Assembly (NCBI GenBank): GCA_965153285.1
Contig: OZ229115.1
DNA length: 64,000 nucleotides
Strand: one strand, 5' to 3'
Source of the DNA: Podarcis tiliguerta
Lineage: Eukaryota
Shown here: in pieces, positions 51,695 to 62,894 of the stretch
How the letters are laid out: every line of letters starts with the position of its first letter
Numbering within the stretch: position 1 is the first letter of the stretch
Program-made: the position numbers and the translations under genes
The notes under the pieces: model-generated
What the model was told of the DNA's origin: nothing
The model's database searches: none
Seen by the model: the letters and a program-made list of their open reading frames with translations, nothing else

Positions 51695-54600
51695 TAATAA
51701 TAATAATAATAATAAATTTTATTTATATCCCGCCCTCCCCAGCCGAAGCCGGGCTCAGGGCGGCTAACAACAATAAAACAGCACAAACAACACTTTAAAA
51801 TCATTCATTATAAAATTAATTAATTCAAGCCACTGGCAACCATTGGGCCAGAGCTCTGCGAAGATTGCCAATGGAGGGAGTCAGGCTGTGCCCTGGCCAA
51901 AGGCCTGGTGGAACAGTTCTGTCTTGCAGGCCCTGCGGAAAGATGTTAAGTCCCGCAGGGCCCTGGTCTCTTGTGACAGAGTGTTCCACCAGATCGGAGC
52001 CACGGCCGAAAAAGCCCTGGCTCTAGTTGAGGCCAGCCTAACTTCTCTGTGGCCTGGGACCTTCAAGATGTTTTTATTTGAAGACCGTAAGTTTCTCTGT
52101 GGGGCATACCAGGAGAGGCGGTCCCGTAGGTACGAGGGTCCTAGGCCGTATAGGGCTTTAAAGGTTAAAACCAGCACCTTAAACCTGATCCTGTACTCCA
52201 CCGGGAGCCAGTGCAGCTGGTATAGCACCGGGTGAATGTGATCTCGCAGCGAAGACCCCGTAAGGAGTCTCGCTGCAGCATTCTGCACCCGCTGGAGTTT
52301 CTGGGTCAGTCTCAAGGGCAGCCCCACGTAGAGCGAGTTACAATAATCCAGTCTGGAGGTGACCGTCGCGTGGATCACAGTGGCTAGGTCAGGGCGAGAG
52401 AGGTAAGGAGCCAACTGCTTAGCTTGGCGGAGATGGAAAAATGCCGCCTTTGTTGTAGCTGCAATCTGCGCCTCCATTGAAAGGGAGGTGTCGAAGATTA
52501 CACCCAAACTCTTAACGGACGGTGCTGGCACTAATTGCACCCCCGCAAGAGATGGGAGTTGCCCCCTCAATCCCATATCGTCCCGTCCCAGCCACAGGAC
52601 CTCTGTCTTCGAAGGATTTAACTTCAACCGGCTCCCACGTAGCCATCCAGCCACAGCTTCCAGACATCTGGTCAGTGTGTCTGGGGCCGAGTCAGGATGG
52701 CCATCCATCAACAGATAGAGTTGGGTGTCATCAGCATACTGATGGCAACCCAGCCCAAAACTCCGGACAAGCTGGGCGAGGGGGCGCATAAAGATGTTAA
52801 AAAGCATCGGGGAGAGTATCGCACCCTGGGGTACTCCACACACCAAGGAGTGGCGCGATGACAATTCCCCCCTAAGTGCCACCCTCTGTCCCCGACCAGA
52901 GAGAAACGAGCGCAGCCATTGAAGGGCTGTGCCCTGAATCCCCACGTCGGCAAGGCGGTGGTCCAGAAGTTCGTGGTCGACCATGTCAAAAGCTGCTGAC
53001 AGATCTAGAAGAATCAGCAGCCCCGACCCACCTCGATCCAGCTGTCTACGAAGATCATCTGTTAGGGCAACCAGAGCCGTCTCGGTCCCATGACCAGCGC
53101 GGAAGCCGGACTGGAATGGGTCGAGAGCCGATGTTTCATCCAGAAACACACCAAGCTGTTCAGCAACCGCTCTCTCAATCACCTTACCCAGGAACGGAAG
53201 ATTCGAAACTGGGCGGTAATTGGATAGATCTAAAGGATCTAATGATGTTTTCTTTAAGAGCGGGCGCACCACTGCCTCCTTCAATTCTCCTGGGAATGTC
53301 CCCGTGCCAAGGGACAAATTGATGATATCCCCCAGGAGGGCCCGCACCTCGTCTGGACACGCTCTAATCAGCCAAGACGGGCACGGGTCGAGAGGACAGG
53401 TGGTGGGCTTTCCAGCTCGGAGGAGTCTGTCCACATCGGCTGGGGATATCCGGTTGAAGTGGTCCAATACTGGACCCGAGGACAGTCGAGGGGCCTCCAG
53501 TTCCTTTATTGTATCCAAATTGGCAGGGAGGTCATGGCGGAGCAACAAGACCTTCTCCGCAAAAAAGCTCGCAAATGCCTCACAGCTATGTGTCAAATTG
53601 TTATTTAAATTTGGCTGTCCCTCAAGGGACGTTAAAGACCTGATTATCCTAAATAATTGCGCCGGGCGAGAGCTAGCAGATGCAATGGAGGCCGAGAAGT
53701 AAGACTTCTTAGCAGCCTTCACTGCCATCTCGTAGGTTTTCATAAAAGCCCTATAAGATGTTCTTGAGGCTCCGTCACGGGCACCCCGCCATACTCGCTC
53801 TAGCCGTCTGAGGTCCCGCTTCATTTTCCGGAGCTCCTCGGTAAACCAGGGAGCCCGGTTTCTGCGGGGTCGCAGAGGGCGCTTAGGTGCGATCTCATCG
53901 ATGGCTGCCAGGAGCTGGATATTCCAGCCCTCAACAAGCTCAGTCAATGAGTCGCCAGGGGGAGCAAGGTCCCGCAAGGCTTGGCGGAATCTATCAGGGT
54001 CCATCAGCCTCTGCGGGCGAGCCCAAATTGGCTCGCCACCTAAGCAGGGTGGGGGTGGAAAGTCAATCCTGGCTTTCAGAGCGTAGTGATCAGACCATGG
54101 TACCTTCATCGAAGGAGACATGATCACATCTATACCTACGCCAAAGATCAAATCCAGCGTGTGACCTGCTTGATGTGTGGGGCCCGAAACAAACTGGGAG
54201 AGCCCTAGTGTCGCCATGGAAGACACCAGGTCCAGAGCCTGTGAGGAGGGAGTGGCATCAGCATGGGTGTTGAAGTCCCCCAATACCAATAGGTTAGGGA
54301 ACTCCAAGGCCCAGCCGGCCACCGCCTCCAATAGGCCTGACAGGGTGGCTGCTGGTGCGCTAGGTGGCCGGTACACCAGCCAGACAGCCAAGCTCTCCTC
54401 GGAGCCCCACACTAGGCCAACACATTCAATGCCGGGGATCGATGGCGATGGTAGAGCCCTGAAAGGACAATCTTCCCGGATTAATAATGCCACCCCTCCC
54501 CCCCGGCCCACAGTCCGCGACTGGTGGAGGACAGAGAAACCCGGGGGCGCCATCTCTCGCAAGGTAACTGTTGCCCCTTCGCGCACCCAGGTCTCCGTCA

Positions 54601-55010
54601 CACAAGCCAGGTCGACCCCCTGCGAGATAAAGAAATCTCGCAGGGTGGCGGTTTTGTTGCCTATAGACCTGGCATTGCACAACACCAGTGACGGAGGTGA
54701 GTAATCCTTGCTCACCCTACCCTCGTCCCTCGGGATGAGGCGCAGATTGGAAGGGGTACGAGCATATCCATATCTCGATCCCCTTCGCCTATAATATCTG
54801 CCCCCACCGCCATACCTCCCTCGCCCCTCCACGGTAGGAATCCCAAGCCTCATAGTGGCCTCCATTGATGGCAATTAATGTTATTCTTCCGCAGCCTAAC
54901 ACAATAAAACCTTAAAACAATAAGTACAAAAAACAAAAACAGCCCAGAAACAATAAAACAATACAAATAAAAACTTTAAGCCTAAGGGCCATATTCCTTT
55001 TTCGGGCAGC
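51695..55010 (-). mobile_element. Young L2-clade LINE with intact ORF, antisense to PDE4B
   Basis: (TTA)n tail at about 51695-51715, conserved 3' stem-loop, uninterrupted ORF, CpG-rich sequence. The 5' boundary is approximate. Possible degenerate TSD gggaacatt (51684-51692) / gggaccatt (55017-55025). Confidence 0.93.
51881..54865 (-). CDS. L2 ORF2: apurinic-type endonuclease + reverse transcriptase, ~994 aa from the first ATG
   Basis: APE motifs CNARS, VTETW, GGGVA, VYRPP, GDFN, LDL, SDH. RT motifs YRPVS, QSGFR, LDLSAAFD, GVPQG, YADD. L2-type C-terminus (SRLDYCNSL, LHWLPV). RG/Y-rich N-terminus. Confidence 0.95.
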   Translation of the reverse strand: MEATMRLGIPTVEGRGRYGGGGRYYRRRGSRYGYARTPSNLRLIPRDEGRVSKDYSPPSLVLCNARSIGNKTATLRDFFISQGVDLACVTETWVREGATVTLREMAPPGFSVLHQSRTVGRGGGVALLIREDCPFRALPSPSIPGIECVGLVWGSEESLAVWLVYRPPSAPAATLSGLLEAVAGWALEFPNLLVLGDFNTHADATPSSQALDLVSSMATLGLSQFVSGPTHQAGHTLDLIFGVGIDVIMSPSMKVPWSDHYALKARIDFPPPPCLGGEPIWARPQRLMDPDRFRQALRDLAPPGDSLTELVEGWNIQLLAAIDEIAPKRPLRPRRNRAPWFTEELRKMKRDLRRLERVWRGARDGASRTSYRAFMKTYEMAVKAAKKSYFSASIASASSRPAQLFRIIRSLTSLEGQPNLNNNLTHSCEAFASFFAEKVLLLRHDLPANLDTIKELEAPRLSSGPVLDHFNRISPADVDRLLRAGKPTTCPLDPCPSWLIRACPDEVRALLGDIINLSLGTGTFPGELKEAVVRPLLKKTSLDPLDLSNYRPVSNLPFLGKVIERAVAEQLGVFLDETSALDPFQSGFRAGHGTETALVALTDDLRRQLDRGGSGLLILLDLSAAFDMVDHELLDHRLADVGIQGTALQWLRSFLSGRGQRVALRGELSSRHSLVCGVPQGAILSPMLFNIFMRPLAQLVRSFGLGCHQYADDTQLYLLMDGHPDSAPDTLTRCLEAVAGWLRGSRLKLNPSKTEVLWLGRDDMGLRGQLPSLAGVQLVPAPSVKSLGVIFDTSLSMEAQIAATTKAAFFHLRQAKQLAPYLSRPDLATVIHATVTSRLDYCNSLYVGLPLRLTQKLQRVQNAAARLLTGSSLRDHIHPVLYQLHWLPVEYRIRFKVLVLTFKALYGLGPSYLRDRLSWYAPQRNLRSSNKNILKVPGHREVRLASTRARAFSAVAPIWWNTLSQETRALRDLTSFRRACKTELFHQAFGQGTA

Positions 55011-56359
55011 CTTTTGGGGACCATTGATAGGTGGGATCAGAGGCAAAAGTGGGCAGAGAAATGAATGTAAATTTGACCTTTGTACTGTAAAGTAGCTTCT
55101 ACACAAACCCTTCCCTATCCCCCATCCAGACAAGCAAGAACCATTATTAAGAGTTCAAGAGGCACATTCCATCCAGGCAAAAAGAAACAAACAAAAAACA
55201 AGAAAACACCACAAAGGAGGTTGTGAAGCAAGGCCAGGGAAGGTTCTGGGTGAGTCCCGTGGGACAGAGAGGTTGTATTTGTCTCCAGGCCTGAGGTTCC
55301 CAACCTCTGTTTTAGATGATGTATAATTTCTGATTTTGGAAAATTATGAGAGGAAGACTGCTCAGGGCCATAGGCTTTTCCTTTACATGCCCTTGTTCTC
55401 GAAACTGTTATACAGATTGTGTGCTTAAAGAATAGAATATATTTGTTCAGTAAGTAGTTCAGTAAGCTAATAAATTCTGTGGCAGGTATGTCATTGTGCT
55501 TAGGTTCAAAACCCTCCCATTGGTGATTTGTTGGTAGTACTGAAGCTTCACAGAGTGCAGATAAAATGAGCAAATTGTGACCTCTTAAAATTCAGTACAA
55601 GGTAAGTGTCAGATCCTTATTTAGGCATGTGGATAAATGGGTCAGACTTACATGCTGAGTACTAGACAGCACCTAGGGATACTTTGCTGGATAATAGTCA
55701 AAGCATCTCTATCAAACCATGCCTTGCATTCAGCTTTTCACTACAGCATCTAAGCTCTGATTCTCATTAGTGCAGAAGACATATTTAATTGCTGTAGGTG
55801 GCTCTAAAGTTGAGAATTTTTCTTGATATATTTTCAAAATCCAATCTTACAATTGCTACATGACGGAAACCAATATCGCAAGTATAACCCCATAGCAGTA
55901 ATTAATTTCTAAACTCTGTTTCTGGAGAATAAATGCAGTCTTCTGTGATGTAAACTGATTTCCTTGTAATTGTGATCCATAAACAAGTGGTGGTGGTTAA
56001 TCATTATGAACAAATTAAAATCTAGCTTTAGTAATCTTCATGGACTTTGCTGATAGTGATGCAAAGTTAAAATGGCATTTCTGGCAGCAAATAATACACT
56101 GCATATATTATTTTCTATTTTGCAGAGATAATAAGCTTAGATATGTTCAGGATTTCAATAATGCTGTTCCTTCACATAGGCATTCAATCTGAAATCCTCT
56201 GGAAGCTTTCTGGAAGCAGAAAAAACCTGTATACAGGTAACTCATAAGTTACACACATTTAACTTATGTGTGTTCAGCTTTATACATTTGGCAATTTAAA
56301 AAAAGCCTGTTCAGGAGGTCCTCCAACCTTCTGGAGTAGACATTATGAGGATACACAGG

Positions 56360-56744
56360 CTTATCCTCCAACATTTATCCGATGAAACTAGGGATGTCCT
56401 ATTCCATAATGATGATTTTACTATTTATACCCCACACATCTTATTGGGTTGCACCAGCCACTCTGGGCAGCTTCCAACATATATAAAAACATAACAAAAC
56501 ATTAAACATTAAAAAAAATTCCCTATATGGGATTACCTTCAGACGGCTCAGGGATCGGATAACCCCATACCCTTCAACATTTCTCCAATGAAAATTGTGA
56601 CATCCTACCACACTCTTCAACATTTCTCCAATGAAAATAGGGACATTCGAAGGAAAAATGGGACATTCCAGGATCAAATCAGAAACCAGGACAGCTTCTC
56701 TGAATCAGGGACGTCCCTGGAAAATAGGGACACTTGGAGGGTCT
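56360..56744. mobile_element. Non-autonomous hAT-like element end with subterminal repeats and an embedded L2 3' end
   Basis: Terminal GGGACGTCCCTGGAAAATAGGGACACTTGGAGGGTCT, three CC(T/C)CAACATTTCTCC.ATGAAAATAGGGAC-like repeats, and a minus-strand L2 tail at about 56408-56543. Confidence 0.6.
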
Positions 56745-57730
56745 ACACAGGGAGAGGAGAGGGAGGGGAAGTTCTGTTTCACAAATGGGAATCCTCGCTC
56801 TAACAGAACTTCTTTGGAGACTATTATTCTTAGGTGCCAGCATTGCATTGTCTGAGTCTCTTCGGTTGGTAAAACTGTGGCATTTAGGCTAAAGCGGAGC
56901 TATGATCACATGAACCCAGCAAGAAGTACTAGACTTCTCTGTAGACATTTTTCGGGAGCAAATGCTGTGCAGTTCACACACAGACTTTATGTTCAGGAAT
57001 ATATTCCCATAAGAACTGTGCATAAACCTGATTCAGAGGAAGATCAAACACTGTTTTGATATGCTGTTCCTACACACTGTGGGGAAATTATGCAATGAGA
57101 TAAGGCCAGTGTTTGTTTTTTCAAAAAATTCAAACCTGAGATCTCTTAAAAGATTCTGAATTGTGTCTTATTATGAATCTCTGAATTTGTTAGGACTAGG
57201 AACACTAAGTTTAGCAAAATGCTCCCAAGATGTATCACTGGAGAATTGCACATTGCAGTTCAGCTAAGTTTATTTTTATTTATTTAAAACATGAAGAACC
57301 CACTTAATCTTTTTTTAAAAACCTTTTATGCTGTTTTTGATAAGTAGTATATTTTCACTGCAGTATTTCCTCTGTCGTTTGTTTAAGCTGAAAAGACTAA
57401 TGAATTGCAAATCTACTCTTACTACACATTTTTATTAACACAGAACTGTATAAAATATTGAATGAAGTGCTTGCTCCTTACACAGTTGCATCATGATTGT
57501 ACCATAATTAAAACCATTCCACAGCTATGCTGGCATACAAAAGAGACCCATCAAAATTCCCTAAAGGTCAGTCACCACACTTAATCATGCAAGAAGATAA
57601 TAAATGAGAATAGGAGTGACTAAGCTGAAAGAGAGTAGCTGAGAATAAAACCACAGTCGTTTAGTAACTGAGCGTGATAAAATACATTTGATGTGTGCTG
57701 GATGAGGGAGGGTTGTGATGTGGCACAGAG

Positions 57731-57849
57731 CAGCCTCCCCCAACCTGCTGCCCTCCTCCAACTGGTGTTTTTGACTACAACTCCCATCAGCCTCTGCCAG
57801 TGGAAGTGGTAGTCCAAAAGATCAAGGGGCAGCAGGCTGGAGAAGGCTG
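57731..57849. mobile_element. Palindromic hAT-like MITE
   Basis: CAGCCTCCCCAACCTGCTGCCC ... GGGCAGCAGGCTGGAGAAGGCTG, with a GACTACAACTCCCATCA core shared with the 12725 element. Confidence 0.72.
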
Positions 57850-58864
57850 GAGGGTGAAGGAAAAGGGGATAGTACTGTCTTCCCTGGTTCTATCCCCCAG
57901 CCCAGCCTGTCACACTATGGCTGATTGGTTATCTCTGCCATAGCCCAACTATCAATGTTTCTAAGATCAGGCCTAGATCTTTGCCTAGGTAACAGTGACA
58001 GATGGAAGAATCTGTCCATTTACGTTTTCTCCATTTTTCATTGTTCCATCTTAGATTCAGTTACACACATTTTTGCAGCAATTTGCAGTATATTTATTTA
58101 TTTTCAAAAGGGAACACATTTTAATATGCAGCTTTGGCTAATTTGCACATTTCTGCAAGAAAAAATTTCCCTGGTAGAATGCATCTTTGTATGTTATTTG
58201 CACTACTATCCTCTATTTTTTTTTTGTATACTTCCTCCTAATATATGCATTTTTGTAAACACTGTTTGGTTGGAGAACTATGTTGCAAAATTTGGATATG
58301 TGTGAATTTTGAAGGATGGTTGCATCTTGGTTCACATATTGTTCTGAAAAGTGTGAATTTGATAGAGTCAGCTTTAAATGCGTCTCTCACCCCTCTCCCC
58401 TTTTTAGAAATGAATCTCTCCCCCCCCCCATCCAACTCTAATAACAACTAGATTTTGTCCTTGGTGGTTCCTTTTTCTGGTTCTTGGGTTTTTTAGTCTA
58501 AGAGTTGTTGTGGTTTTTTTCTGGTCCCCTCTCCTCTTTGGATTTTGATCTGGTCCTGGGATCAATTTGCTTCCTTTGGATTTACTCTTCTGTGATAGGT
58601 TCAGGTAGTCTCACTTCCGAAATTCTGCCTAGGTGTCTTTGGGATCTGCCTCAGCATGCCATGGTTCTCAGGTCCCAATCCATGCATCCAACTGCTTACA
58701 AGGAGCACTAACATATAACGTAAACTGCATTTTTTTGTTAAAATATTGCGAATTGCTAATCTTGTTTTCAGCTGTACATTATATACATTTTTATTGCTTG
58801 TTGCCTTTGCCTGAAACCTCAGTTCTGCATGATTTAAAGCTGGTTTTTGTCTTTTTACAATATA

Positions 58865-58966
58865 AGCACAGTCGGTAGAGCATGAGACTCTTAATCTCAG
58901 GGTCGTAGGCGTTGGACTAGATGACCCTTGTGGTCCCTTCCAACTCTGCAGCTCTACGATTCTATG
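58865..58966 (+). mobile_element. Internally deleted SINE with tRNA-Lys(CTT)-like head and CR1 tail
   Basis: CAGTCGGTAGAGCATGAGACTCTTAATCTCAGGGTCGT joined directly to GTTGGACTAGATGACCCTTGTGGTCCCTTCCAACTCT..ATTCTATG. Confidence 0.8.
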
Positions 58967-59796
58967 CATGTATAAGTTTCCCATACCTCCCAAGATTTTT
59001 CATCTTGTTTTTCTTTATTGTTGGCACATGTTTCCCTCCCTCCCTCCTTGAAAATCTCTAATTAACCTTTTTTGTATTTCTTGCAAGCTTGATTTTTTTA
59101 AAAAATCCATTATTTCAGGTAACCCTTTGCTAAACTGCTAGAATTGAGCTGGGCAGATGGATTTGCCATGTTTGGGCTCTGTGCTGCTATTCTCAGAATC
59201 ACTTGTATATACAGAGAGAGATAATCCCCTGGACATCGTTGACTTTACCTCTTCTGAGGTTATACTAATGCAAGTTTTCTTGGCTGAATTTTGACACTTT
59301 CCCACTATGCGCCTTAACAAATACAGAGAAATAGTATCTCTAAACACATTATCCAAGTAGATGGCTTTGGATTCCCTATTCTATTTTTTATTATTATTTC
59401 ACAGTAGCCTTTTGTGAGACTGTGCAAGAAAGAGGGTATCAAAAGTTGAATAAAATATTTCTCCTTGTCTGTCCGGTTGCCATAGGTCCCCCTTCAACTT
59501 GACAGGTTTCTTACTTACAGCCCAAGGTCATTGTTATGATGTTTGTGTCAGCCTTCTGCTTCAAGAAACCAGCACTGCAGGTAATTCTACATGCTAGCCT
59601 TTTTGCTAAGCAAGCAGCATCATTCGCAGGAAACTCACACATGGCCTGTGCCTTAACTTGTATATATGAGCCTCATTCTATGCTCAGCTCCCATGAAGGA
59701 ATGGTAAAACAGGCGAGGGGGGGTGCGAGCATGGAATGGAATGAAAAGACGTGGCTGGCTGGAACCCTGGGCAGAACCCATTCCTACGCTGCAATA

Positions 59797-60022
59797 CAGT
59801 GGTACCTCGGGTTACATACGCTTCAGGTTACAGACTGCGCTAACCCAGAAATAGTGCTTCAGGTTAAGAACTTTGCTTCAGGATGAGAACAGAAATTGTG
59901 CTCCGACGGCGCAGCAGCAGCGGGAGGCCCCATTAGCTAAAGTGGTGCTTCAGGTTAAGAACAGTTTCAGGTTAAGTATGGACCTTTGGAATGAATTAAG
60001 TACTTAACCCGAGGTACCACTG
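59797..60022. mobile_element. Tigger-like MITE
   Basis: TA|CAGTGGTACCTCGGGTTA ... TAACCCGAGGTACCACTG|TA perfect TIRs. Confidence 0.92.
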
Positions 60023-60827
60023 TATTTTGTTCCAGGCCTCACTTTCTCAAAATCCTTGGCAAGTTTCAATTGTATATTCTAACTGTAGATGCTATTTATG
60101 GCAATATTCACTGTGAATTCCGCTATTTATTTTGTTCTGAGTTGAGGGGAACAGATGTTCTTCATGACTTGAGAACCAACAGGCTGCTGGTTTGGGTTGG
60201 CTTTAGCTCTGGATTTCCCAAGTTTCCTAAGTTTTATTGGGTGGGTGGGGCACACCAAAGCATAATTATAACAATATCATACCAGTATATATGATGATAA
60301 TATATAGGTAGCATATACTACCTATATACTACTAGTTTTAGTAGTAAAACTAAATATTACTTCTTGATAGAGTAAAAAGAAAGAGGGGGAAGGAAGAGAT
60401 GAATAATACTACTTTAAATAATTATATAATTATAAACCATCTGTAAGGAAAAAAGATGCTTCTAATATGGCAAGGGATTTATTGCACCAAGAATGAAATA
60501 AAAAGTCTAAATTTAAAAATAAATCTATTGCTTTCAATGTTATCTGACTGTTACCATATATGTTAACTGATAGAGTTAACTGGTGGGGTTTGGGTGAGTG
60601 ACCGTCCAATGCCGGTTTGTGCTGGCCTGAGTAGGGTGGAGAAAACAATATTGTTCTTTTTTTTGTCAGGTAGCTTTCCTTTTTTCTAAAATCCCCCCCT
60701 TGATACTAGTAGGTTGGAATTAACTAACTCAGGTACAAGCTTGCCATAGTTGGAAACTTGCTTTTGGGATCCCTGAGAAGAATGGAGGAGCTTTGGATTA
60801 AAGCTGAGCAGATTGCTATCAGACAGC

Positions 60828-60829
<2 letters not shown>

Positions 60830-60862
<33 letters not shown>
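60830..60862 (+). repeat. (CA)n microsatellite (others at about 23217 and 40846)
   Basis: Direct reading. Confidence 0.9.
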
Positions 60863-60865
<3 letters not shown>

Positions 60866-62337
60866 CAAGGGCATGATTTCCTTCTGGTGGCAACCTCACA
60901 CACCACATGAGATTCTACTGCAATGGAGGACCACTTCAAAGCATTTGAGGGTACAGGGAAGGCTGCTATTGGGCAGACTGTTTATTTTTTTCAAAAATCC
61001 ATGTAGAAATAGAATACCATGCTTGATAACTCAAAATTCAGCCATTATATCTTTAAGCCTTTTCCCACACTAAACATTTCTCAGTTTTCCTGTCCTTCAC
61101 ACACTGATTTGCTGTGAGACAAACTGAGATAGAATCCTACTAAGAAATCCTACTGCATATTATTCACCTGTTATCATCAGTGCAATGCAAGCTATATTTT
61201 TGTTAGATTCCGCTCTTTTAGTGAAAGGCATTGAGGCATTATTTTTCCCCTTCTTCATAGAAAAAGAAACAAATGCTAAATGTGTTAATTGTAAGATTTC
61301 TAATGCTTCTGAATGTGCCAGAGGTGGGGAAACAAAAGCCACAGGTATCGTCAGTTAATCCCGTGTGCGTTTTGAGCTGGGGCTCTTTTATCAGAGGCAG
61401 AATAAAATCTGAGAAAAGCTTTCATTCATAAATAAATGCAGTCTTTTCTATTCTAGCCAAAGAAGTGCCTACTAACAGATCATAGACTAAAGATCTGGAT
61501 AGATTTGGAAATTAATTATGTAGCATCTGGTTCTAATAAAATAAAGGATGTGGCTATGATAATTAGGGATAATTGTTACTTAGTTATAGAGGGGGGAACT
61601 GATAGAGAAGGGAGATTAATTTTTAACTGAGCATATGCTGTGAAGCCACAAGAGTGTACATAAAGGAAAAAATGTTCTATTGAACAAAGAAATGCCAGAG
61701 GTCCATTTCAGACACAATTATTTTCAATTCCTCTCCTAAACATAACTAATATGTTTGGATGTGAGAATTACATCTGCCAGGTAGGATTGAGACAGGATAG
61801 ATATAGAAAACTTTCCAAAGGCCAGGTGTTTCATGGAAAGCTGTTGTCACCTGAAGAAAATCTATACAACATTTGCAGAATCCTGACATTCTCAGTATGC
61901 TAATAAAACTTAGTTTTGGCCATTAACCTTTTAACATGCTTGACAGTGTAAATACTTGCATAGTCCTAGCAGCCATTGGTGTTTGAGGCTCTATGTGATC
62001 TAGGTCATGCTACATGATGAGGCCACAGCTATACTGGCAACAAACAAGAGGACTATACAATTTTCACAATTTAACACCTATATCATATTCCAAAGTAGAG
62101 GTGAGTTGATTATCTACTTGCGAATGAAGCTTTTAAAGAGTACAAACAAAATGGATCTGCATACCTGCTTTTGCACTTTCCTATTAAATAGAAACCTCAG
62201 TTAAGATTTCCCTAGGTATTGTAAAGTAGAAGTTTTATTAAATGTCCAGGTTCTTTTGATACTGCCACTTCATATTCAGAACTTGAACTGTTAGCTGTGT
62301 CTGTACGTTACGAAGTCAGTGCAGCCTCCCAACATTG

Positions 62338-62894
62338 GCCAATATAGGTTGGTAGTACAATAGCTATGTAAACAAGCATTTTGGTTTCCCTGCAAATGTC
62401 CCAGTCCTCAAACACTCTGCACTTCAATCGGAAGAAAGCCGCACTTGCAGAGCTCAAGCGGTGCTGGATTTCAGCATCAGTGTTGGCCCTTGTGGAAAGA
62501 TAACTGTCCAGGTAGGAGAAATGATCAACATTTTCCCACTTTACACCACTGAGTTGGATTTGTGGTGCTGCAGAGGGGTTATTTTGTACTTTTTGTGCAG
62601 CACTTTGGGGGTTTTTTTGGATGTTGAGCGATAGGCCAAACTTTTCATAAGCTTCTTCGAAGATATTTAGGATGGAGGTCATCCTCTGAGCGTGCACACA
62701 CTACATTGTCATCAGCATACTGAAGCTCTATGACGGAAGTTACAGTAACCTTACTCTTTGCTTTCAGCCTGCTCAGATTGAAGAGCTTTCCATCTGTTCA
62801 ATATATGATTTCTACTCCTGTGGGGAGTTTCCCTTCGACAAAGTGTAGGATCATGGCAATGAAAATAATGAATAGAGTTGGGGCAATAGCACAA
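62338..62894 (-). mobile_element. RTE-clade LINE internal RT fragment (non-BovB type), disrupted
   Basis: The minus strand encodes CAIAPTLF...GKLFNLSRLKAKSKV...ELQYADD...FGLSLNI..VDHFSYL.S...AEIQHRLSSASAAF, with stops and frameshifts. Confidence 0.85.

Noticed and set aside
51843-54704. Several long plus-strand ORFs (130-175 aa) over the L2
   Set aside because: They are antisense shadows of the GC-rich L2 ORF2, with no independent protein signature.
54912-55133. Hydrophobic peptide ORF (MALRLKVFICIVLLFLGCFCFLYLLF) upstream of L2 ORF2
   Set aside because: It arises from a T-rich low-complexity leader and crosses the probable element boundary. There is no support for ORF1 identity without a family consensus.
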